From positions 1 through 23,740 of the forward strand of contig BAAFSQ010000154.1 of NCBI GenBank assembly GCA_054661495.1: a DNA stretch of 23,740 nucleotides. Direction: 5' to 3'. A program made the position numbers and the translations under genes. This document shows positions 12,739-21,094 of this stretch, one piece after another. The notes under the pieces are model-generated. The model worked only from the letters and a program-made list of their open reading frames with translations. It searched no databases and was not told where the DNA came from. Every line of letters starts with the position of its first letter. Within the stretch, counting starts at the first letter, position 1. Origin of the DNA: Zygophlyctis sp. KS116. Lineage: Eukaryota > Fungi > Chytridiomycota.

Positions 12739-13051
12739 ATGCGTAGAGGTAAATATAGATGAATTTATTATAGATTCTGTTCAAGAGAATCAAGTTTTAG
12801 ATTCACTATTAGAATCTCTTTCAAGACAGGAGGCAACTCAGTCACTTTTATCAAATGAATTAGAGTCTCAAGCTAAATTAATAGAAAATTTAGATTCTCA
12901 GACTGAAAATCAAGATGTTCTTATTAGATCTACACATCAGAATTTATTACAAGTACAATCAGAGGTGAATACTAGTTTTGATTTATTTTGGATTATAATT
13001 GGACTATTATTTATATTGTTTGGACTATTGATATTCATAAAATATACATGA
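12739..13051 (+). CDS. Small tail-anchored Qc-SNARE (Syn8/syntaxin-8/Tlg1-like), 95 aa, not in the ORF track
   Basis: Exon 1 12739-12748, 25-nt intron 12749-12773, exon 2 12774-13051 give MRRDSVQENQVLDSLLESLSRQEATQSLLSNELESQAKLIENLDSQTENQDVLIRSTHQNLLQVQSEVNTSFDLFWIIIGLLFILFGLLIFIKYT*: a heptad SNARE motif with a central Q (NELESQ) and a C-terminal transmembrane helix. Confidence 0.8.
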
Positions 13052-13150
13052 TTTTTATTATTATAGATTATAGATTTTATTATAGATTTGACGGTCTACT
13101 TACTCTCACGCATAATACATATGTGACCCATTCACCTTTGTCAATTGTCA

Positions 13151-13174
13151 ATGGCCCAATGGCCCAATGGCCTC
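13151..13174 (+). repeat. Short 8-bp tandem repeat (CAATGGCC-type, about 3 copies) creating CCAAT boxes upstream of SPA2
   Basis: Sequence tgtcaattgtcaatggcccaatggcccaatggcc read directly; edges approximate to a few bases. Confidence 0.6.
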
Positions 13175-13287
13175 CCACCGACTTGTACGTCAACCACTGT
13201 ACGCACCACCGCCAACCACTGACTGCCTGGACATTCACACTGTTGGCCGTCAATTGCAAATTAACTATTAATCAACGGCAAGTAGAA

Positions 13288-15523
13288 ATGGCTTCCCCTG
13301 AAGAATTGGCAAACTACCACTATAATAATTTTAATAATTTCTTGGGCTCAAAATCGTCTTCAACAGTCTTGAATCATCAGGCAAAGAATAAATTGGCTAA
13401 ATTAACAAAATCTCAGTTTTCGGAATTGGCCACAGACGTAAACGATGAAATTGAACGGAGGAAAATGAATACTGCAGATCATTTACCCTTTATTAATGAA
13501 TATCCAATGAAACGGAATCAGGCCAGGGAAAAATTATCAACGCTCAATGAAAGGAGATTTACGGATCTCGCGTCAGATGTGTTGGCAGAATTAATTAGAA
13601 GATATCCTGCATGGTATATTTTAGGTTTTAGAAAATTATAGTAGTAGAAAGGTTATCAAGACTCATGATGTATTGCCAAAATCAGACAAGGATAAGAATG
13701 CTTTAGAAAGAATTAAAGGTCAATCAGTGGCTCCTTCTATAGGTTTGGCACGGTCATTGTCAAATTCAGATGTTGCTCCTGGAAAGAATTATAATTCTAT
13801 AATGTCAAATGCTAGTAAAGTAGATGGGACAAGTAAAATTAAAGAATATGAGTTGAGGATGTCGGAATATCAGACTCAAATTACAGATTATGAATTGAAA
13901 AATTTGGAATTGGAAACAAAAGTTTATGTAAATTTTTAAAAAACTTAGATTTAGAAATTTTCTCAATTGAAAACAGAAAATGAAAGACTACAATTAGAAT
14001 TGAATAGATTGAAAATTGTAAGTGGTTTAAACTATAATTTTCAAGAGTGAAGATTCAACAAAAGATGCTCATAAAGGGATTGAGGAAAAATATCAAGTCT
14101 TGGAAGAACAATATCAGGGTTTAAAAGAAGATTACGAGAATCAAGAACAGGTATTTTTAGGCTTTGTAAACTTTAGCTGACTCTTGCTATTCGTGCAGAG
14201 GCAAATTCTTTACTGGAAGAAGTCAAAAATATTAATAGTGAAAGGGATAAGCTTTTGATCTCTTTTAATGAGCTTAAAGAAGAAAACAGTAGAAATATTC
14301 TAGAAATTGAAAGATTGAAAAAGGAAAATATCGAATCGGCTAAACTGTTTTTAGAGGAAGATGTAATAACTTGAACTAACTTGCTAGAAAAATGAAAGTA
14401 ATGAATCTATCTTAGAGGATTCTTTAAAATCTGCTCAAGAGGATATAACCCAAGGAACGCCTCTGGAAAATTTCCAGGATGCAGAAAATAATCCAGAAGC
14501 TCCAACGATGGATGATCATTCAGATACATCTACTGACAAGGAAGCAAATAATTCTTCTCCTTTGAAAAGCTCTCCCAATAAATCTCAAGAGAAGGAAATT
14601 CCCAAACAAGAAACTCAAGAGGAAAGTGATAATCAGGCGCGAATGCCTAATTTCTTTGAAAATACTTTAATTAAGAAGCAGCCAAGAGTTGCTTATGAAG
14701 AGGCTCTACAGGATTTATTCCTCAACGCTGAGTAATTTAGTTTAACTAATTTCTAGAATGAAAGAGTCTACCGGTGTACTGATTTCAATGAAGGAAATTG
14801 TTTTATCATGTAAATCTATCACTGAAGATGCCTCTGAATTGGAGGCAAATTATTCTATTAAAAATGATGCTGATTTAAAAGCAGATCTTTCTCAGGCACT
14901 GACTAAACTTATGGCTTCTGCAAAGGATCATGCAGCGAATCCTTCTGATGAATCTTTACGGGCATTGCACTCGTCATCATCAAAGCTTACTTCTGTATTA
15001 GAGAATCTTGTAAACTCCTTTGTTAGTATGGATGAAAATAGCAGAGACTATGACAACCTTAATTCTCAAGACGACTCTTATTTGAATGATGAGTATGAAT
15101 ATTATGATCACCCTCAAAATTATTCCAACGATCAGCTCAAGGTAATACTTAAAACTCTAATCCCAGGGATTTCTTGAAGAACAAACAGATTTTATTGTTC
15201 GTTCAATTCAAACTCTTTTAAATACCATGAGAGAGCCTGGACCATATGGTGATGAATTTACAGAAATTATACGTGAAATTATGGCAGTGGTTGATATTGT
15301 CATTGAGACATGTCGCCCATCAATGCTAGAAATAAGTGATAGCCCTCAGCTTGCCGAGATATTCGAGGAGTTACATACTGTAAGTCGACAACTAGAATCT
15401 TTTGGATCTGAAATGGTTGGACCTGCTGGCCAGACTGATAAACAATTGAAACAAAAAATGGCTTCATCTTCTTATGAAATAGCTAAATTTGTAAAGGAGC
15501 TGCTGACGTTTTTGGAATCATAA
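13288..15523 (+). CDS. SPA2: Polarisome scaffold Spa2/GIT-like protein, multi-exon
   Basis: Two SHD repeats (AKNKLAKLTKSQFSELATDVNDEIERR; RNQAREKLSTLNERRFTDLASDVLAELIRRYP), a coiled coil, and C-terminal helical bundles ending KQKMASSSYEIAKFVKELL. Likely ATG 13288. Confidence 0.85.
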
Positions 15524-16145
15524 TTATGTTTTATTTGAAATTTTTATTGCCCATTCTATGCCTGTTGAGACTCCATCTCCTGTTTTTGCAGAACATGGTT
15601 GAATATTCCATGTCCGATCTCTGATAGAATGCAAATTTAGACCCAATGCAATCTATTATTAGTCATCAATTGTATCAAACCTCGTCTCCCTGTAAAGCCA
15701 TTGGTAAATCTTGCTTATTGGCCATGATAAGTAGAGGAACACCCGCCAACTTGACTTCATCAAGCAATGCAAATAATTCTCTACCACTACGAATAAATTT
15801 AAAAAAAATCATTACGTTTCTTCCAGTCTTCTCTTATCTGATGAATCCACTACAAATATTAACACGTCTGTAGCTTCAAAATAATTCCTCCAGTACGGCC
15901 TGATAGTCTTTTGTCCTTTTCTTACCTTGAAAATATATACCTCCAATATCCCAAACGTTTAATTTAAATCCTTCCTTTGAGACTGTTTTAATATTGAATC
16001 CTTGAGTTGGCTTGGTTTCTGTGATTTCATCTCCAGCAAGACGTTTAAGAATAGAAGTCTTGCCTGCATTGTCCAGTCCTAATAGAAGCATGCGAAGTTC
16101 CCTGTCCGATCTTAACAATTTGCGAAGTAGTTGCAGTAAACCCAT
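15524..16145 (-). CDS. ARL3: ADP-ribosylation factor-like GTPase ARL3 (ciliary), 4 exons
   Basis: [81 protein letters not shown]; stop TAA at 15524-15526. Confidence 0.9.
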
Positions 16146-16186
16146 AGTTCTAGCGGAGAATAACTCAAACACGCAATATTCATATG

Positions 16187-16595
16187 TTAAATCGGTCTAT
16201 ATAATTTAGATATTTCACTAACTAATCTTGGTCTATGGAAGAAGGGGCTTTTTTTAATCTCGTAATCAAACCATCCATATTCATGAGAAGATAATAGAGG
16301 TTGATCATACTTTTCGTTTGGAACCATATTCGTTCTCTTAATTACACCGATTGCTTCCTCTAATATCAGAAACATATAAATTACGATCGAATTTTCCAGT
16401 TAAATTAGAATTAAGTGGTTTCTGACTAAATACAGCATTCTTTAAAACTGTAGGGGTGATTATGTATTCTGACTGAGGTCTCGCAAACTTTTTTTCCTAT
16501 AGATTACAAATCTTGAAGGATACCCTCTTGATATTTTCCGCTAGCATGACATTCATCAATTCCTTTTTATAATCTGATTGATCTTTCCTTGACAT
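16187..16595 (-). CDS. FAM183/CFAP144-like flagellar protein, 3 exons
   Basis: Spliced product [28 protein letters not shown]...[18 protein letters not shown]...[10 protein letters not shown] has the P..KY..P...S.EYGW motif and size of the FAM183 family. Introns are 27 and 25 nt. Family assigned from memory of the motif. Confidence 0.65.
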
Positions 16596-16633
16596 TTGAA
16601 AATTACAGAAAAATTCCCGATATTGAACAAAAG

Positions 16634-19032
16634 TTATTGAGGAAGCTCAATATCAGAGTCACAAGAAGAATCTTCTTCAAGTCCAGTCTCGTTTGAAGGG
16701 CCGTGATCTATATCTATTGTAGCATCTTCAATGGCAGGAAAAGGATCTCTCCAATACGTTAAATCTGCATACTCGGTGTTCATGGACTGTCGAACACTAG
16801 GAAATACTTGATCTACAATATCATTTAGCTGCTTGTAAGATGATTTGAAATTTCGAAGTAATTCTTGCTTAAGCTCTCCAGAAGGATCCACCGTAAAAAT
16901 TCGAGATGATGGAACATCCACACTACGGTATGACAATGCATCCTATCCGTTTATATGAGATATATTACAGTAATACGGTTTCCAAAACCTGCATAAAATG
17001 GATTAGGATTTTTATCTCCAAAAAGTTTTTTAATATCCCTTAAACAAGTAATCTTGAATTCCTCTGGTTTCCGTAGAATTACTTCTCTATACAATCAACG
17101 GATTCATTTTTTACCTATGGAACGATTTAAATAATCGATCCGGGGACATAATTATCGGCCCTTCAGGAAGTTGGCAGCTCCCTTGCTCTATACTATCGAG
17201 ATATACACGAGTAGAGGTTGATTGTCCTATTGCACGTGAAGTAAGATAAAGAATTAAATATCCATTTTGCCTGATGTTTGTGTATAAATTAGCGACCCCT
17301 GCATGAGTCCAGTCTCTCCCGACCATAGTAAACATGTGTCCCAAAACATCAGATCTTTATTTAATCTCTAAAAGTACTTACTTTGTTATCGTACCGTCAA
17401 CATCAGAAATTACGATTTTAGATGAATATTTCCATAGAAATATTTTCGCTGTGCATGTTGCTTTTCCTTGGAATTTCGAGTCTACCGTAAATTCAACAGT
17501 ATTAGACCCTTTCTTCAAATTTAATGACTTCTTTAAATCTTAATTAATTAATATTTACCAATTGATCAGAATTAAGACGTAAACTTTTAGCATAATTTGG
17601 TTTCCTTTCTTCTTTTTTCGGCGAAGGAGATCTACTTAATTTATCCTATTATTATCATAAAAAAGGATTACAGATCCAGGACTCTTTGACCACCAGTTTT
17701 TTATCGCAGAAAAATACGCTTTTGATTCTGTAGGAGCCTTTTTAAAACTTGAATCAGATAGCGGTTTACCAAATACAGCAAGAGAAGTTATCATCGGAGC
17801 AGCTACTACCCAAGGATAGTATTGATTCTGAAATCGAATAACCAGTTGCGGATCGTTCAGGATAGTTGGATTCGAGTCAAATTCTAAAAAAGAAATCCTA
17901 TGCTTTTCAAAAATCTTGTAATTATCCTAATATTAATAATTCAAAAATTTACATCATCTTTGTCTTGTTTAAGATCTTTAACTCCGCATAAAGACATTGC
18001 AATAATATCTTTTGACTCATTTTGAGAATTGTTTTGAGTAATGATTGATACATCTATTGCAATTTTATCATTAGCATTGGTAGAATTATCAGCATTTTCT
18101 GTTGCCTTATTTGCTACGGTCTGATTGACATTAGGATCAATTATACAAGGTTCTATTTTATTCGAACCATCTATTTGATGATCTTTAGCGGCTTCAAAAG
18201 ATTCTGATGTAATAGCAGGTATATCCTCATTCCCAAGGGAAAGAGTAGGTCCATTTTCCAGACTAACAGTGCCAGTAAAATTATCATTAAATTCTTGATT
18301 ATTATGAGTAGGCATAGCAATCCCTGAATTATTATGTTCCCATTCATCTTCCTTTACTGGAAGCCCTCCCCATTTCCAACTCCATTCTCTCTTTAACGGT
18401 GGCGGACTATTCTAAAAATTATCAAGTGAATAAAATTACTTGAGCTTCCACTCTTTCAATTTCCGTATCACTTAAAGGCTCTAAATCATTATCATGAATA
18501 CTCTATACCATGAACTAAATGATCATCTACAACTGCCCTATATTCTGTTGCTGAATGAACCCGTTTATGTCCAGAAGATATTTCCAACCGAGTAACCCCT
18601 TGTAGGTCTAATAGATCTACGTCTTCAGTATTAACACTTGGTAATATAATTGGCGATGTAGCATAATCTAGAGGCACTGGATTAATCGTTTCAATAACAA
18701 AAAATGCTTCACCTGCATCTCCAACTTTCATCAATAGTTGAGTGAGGCGTCCGTTCACGGTGACATCAACCTGTAAGTTAAACCCTTGGTTGATAAACCT
18801 TTTTTTCACTCGGTAATAACAATTTTAGTTTTCCAAATCTAACATGAAAGGGAGAACAAGCCAAATTTCCATCCGGACCTTCAACAACAATTACATCTAT
18901 CGCACCAGAAAGAGTTGAAGGATTAATATCAGTCATTATATTCCCTACAGCAGAAAGAGTATCAATAACCTATGTTCTATATAAATCCCAAGTTATTACC
19001 TTTCCAGCGGCAAATGCTACAACAGATGTCAT
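16634..19032 (-). CDS. PAH1: Lipin / Mg-dependent phosphatidate phosphatase (Pah1/Ned1), multi-exon
   Basis: N-Lip [16 protein letters not shown]...[20 protein letters not shown], middle domain ([22 protein letters not shown]), catalytic [30 protein letters not shown]. Exon 1 19000-19032 plus a 30-nt intron 18970-18999 restores an N-terminal amphipathic-helix region. Confidence 0.93.
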
Positions 19033-19716
19033 CTAAACAGTTAAGACCTACCCTAAGAGCCTCCAGCTTCAAGATTTTAAGTCAATCTTTTACTACTTTC
19101 AGAGGATCATCTCTAAAATGGATTCCTAATGCATTAACTGTCAGTCGGATATGTATGAGCCCATTGATCTCTTGGCAGATTATAACTCAACAGTCAGATC
19201 TTGCCCTCTTAACCCTTGCGATCGCATCAGTCACTGATGTTTTAGATGGCTATATTGCACGAAGGTATAATATGAAAACTAAACTAGGATCATTTTTAGA
19301 TCCAATTGCGGATAAAGTTTTGGTTACTACACTTGTTGGATCATTATGGTATACAAGTGCTTTAGAACCTAGTCTAGCTGGATTAATTCTCTCTAGAGAT
19401 ATATTACTTGTGACTGGTGTTGGAATTTACCGAGCAAAAGCCTTGAAATTCTCTAGAGATTTTTTTAATTTTAAAATTGCAACACCTCAACTAGAAGAAG
19501 TTAAGCCTCCAATGATCTCAAAGATTAATACTGGATTACAATTAGGTCTTTTAGGACTTTTAGTTGGAAATGGAGTTTTATGGGAGATGCCAATGTTTTT
19601 ATTGGGACTAAAGTATGTTTTATTTATTTTATTTTAGAGCTTGTGTTGGAATTACTACAATCTGGTCTGGACTCAAATACTTTAAAATCGCGAAAACATT
19701 ATTCTTGAAGAAGTAA
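19026..19716 (+). CDS. CRD1: Cardiolipin synthase (CDP-alcohol phosphatidyltransferase family), 2 exons
   Basis: IPNALTVSRI, TDVLDGYIARRYNMKTKLGSFLDPIADK, RDILLV, EVKPPMISKINTGLQ, and after a short intron [25 protein letters not shown] looks like a mitochondrial presequence. In-frame ATGs at 18972, 19014 and 19026. Confidence 0.88.
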
Positions 19717-19720
19717 GTTT

Positions 19721-20461
19721 TTATTTCTTACAAAAGAAACTTGTAATGCTCTTCATACCCTTTCCTGAATCTTTTTTTTGAGATGTTTTAGACTTCTAAA
19801 CTCTTAAAAGGTTAAAAAATACCTTTTTTACAATACTAGTCTCCTTTTCCCCACTCCTCTTCTTGATTACAATTTGATCTGTATAAAAATTTTCATTAGT
19901 TTCTTTCAGATCCTTTAGACCTAGACTCTGCCTCATCTCTTTCAGCCATTTTGGAGAAATGTAGTCTGATAGTAATCTTGAAGCATAATCACTTGTACAA
20001 TCCTGTCCAACAACTGCCTCTACTTTATTTTTTAGCCAATTTAAAGTTTTTTCATGATTTATTCTAATAAAAGAATCATCCTGAATCTCATCATTAACAT
20101 CACAAATCATTAATAGTTTGTCTAGACTCAAGAAATTGACCAGTTTTGCTAAATCAGGAAATTCATCTGATGATAATAAATCATCTAACCCATAAAACAT
20201 TGGTTCCCTGCTTTCCAACAATCCAAGAATGACAAATAGTGGATCTAACCGTGAACATAACATCAAGTTTCCATCTTTTATAATTACATTTCCAAAAAAA
20301 CAGGAATATTCCTTTAAATTTGAATCAAAAACCCAATTCTTGACACGATACAACTGGGTTCCATCAGTACCAAAAACACTAGGCTCTTGACTAGATAAGT
20401 CTGGCAGTAATAGCCATTCCAGCTCTCCTGCGTCTTGAGAAACGATTATTGGCGGTGTCAT
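19721..20461 (-). CDS. RNH202: Ribonuclease H2 subunit B
   Basis: IIKDGNLMLCSRLDPLFVIL, ICDV, KTLNWLKNKV; after intron 19796-19822 the C-terminal PIP box GMKSITSFF. Confidence 0.85.
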
Positions 20462-20587
20462 TTCTAGTACCAGGGTAGTATACGGTCTAGTACTACTGGA
20501 AAATCAGCAGGCTCTGCGCCATTGTGATCTGGCACAGCTGATTCATGTGTCGGAGATAACGTTAGACCGCGTACGTTTGAATAGTAA
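20462..20587. promoter_or_regulatory. Candidate bidirectional promoter between RNH202 and NNF1
   Basis: 126-bp GC-richer spacer between divergent starts, with TAGACCG facing each gene, a CGCGT core and TTTGAA just before the NNF1 ATG, plus two inverted repeats. Confidence 0.55.
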
Positions 20588-21094
20588 ATGGACGGAAAAC
20601 AATTGGTAAAACTTAAACTTGCGCTGGGAAAGGCTCTAGAGTCTTCCATGACTGCATGCTCAAAGGATAAATTTAATGATGCATTTCCTTCTCTAGGAAA
20701 GGGTAGTTTAGACATGGCAAGAGATCAAATTTGTGATTTTTTAAAGGGAAATTGTCAAGAAGAATTTACAAATATTCTTGAAAAGAGAAATATTCCTCAA
20801 AAATTACAAGACTTGGAAGGGCTTCAAGAAGCTCAAGAAATGTAAATTATTTTACTTATTACTAGAATTTTTGAGCCACAAAATTTGGCAGAGGCAACAC
20901 TGATTCAAGCTAGGAAAAAGGAAATTTGTGATTTAGACTCAATGATTGAATTTTATAATTCAGAAAATGAAAAACTAATTCAATCTCTAAAAGAAGAAAC
21001 AGAAAAAATTTCAGATAAATGGAACTATTTAAACAGTTTTGTAGATAATAGTCTATGTAAAAGACTCTTGAATGAATTAGAATCTTCTGTCTAA
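20588..21094 (+). CDS. NNF1: Kinetochore MIND/Mis12-complex subunit Nnf1 (PMF1)
   Basis: KFNDAFPS...CQEEFTNILEKRNIPQKLQDLE Nnf1-like signature; a 24-nt intron 20842-20865 joins the two ORFs in frame. Confidence 0.75.

Noticed and set aside
13140-13225. CRISPR-like repeat-spacer array
   Set aside because: The repeats are 8-9 bp, tandem or only two copies, with no regular spacers, no cas genes and a eukaryotic context.
12988-13287. N-terminal 100 aa of the 12988..13641 ORF
   Set aside because: It begins at a TTG, overlaps the SNARE TM-coding region in another frame and runs through promoter-like repeats; Spa2 similarity starts after ATG 13288.
18972-19025. CRD1 start at 18972 as given in the ORF track
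   Set aside because: Not excluded, but it lies antisense to the lipin intron and exon 1, and the presequence-like character starts at 19014-19026. Using it would only enlarge the overlap.
20495-20550. U1 snRNA, hammerhead ribozyme, TPP riboswitch or snoRNA
   Set aside because: The GAUCAC loop recalls U1 stem-loop I, but there is no ACUUACCUG 5' end or Sm site, and no CUGANGA/GAAA core, TPP consensus or convincing C/D or ACA boxes.
20464-20715. 83-aa minus-strand ORF and other short antisense or alternative-frame ORFs (e.g. 270..515, 6832..7113, 7174..7500, 9400..9654)
   Set aside because: They are shadows of real genes, with no recognisable motifs.
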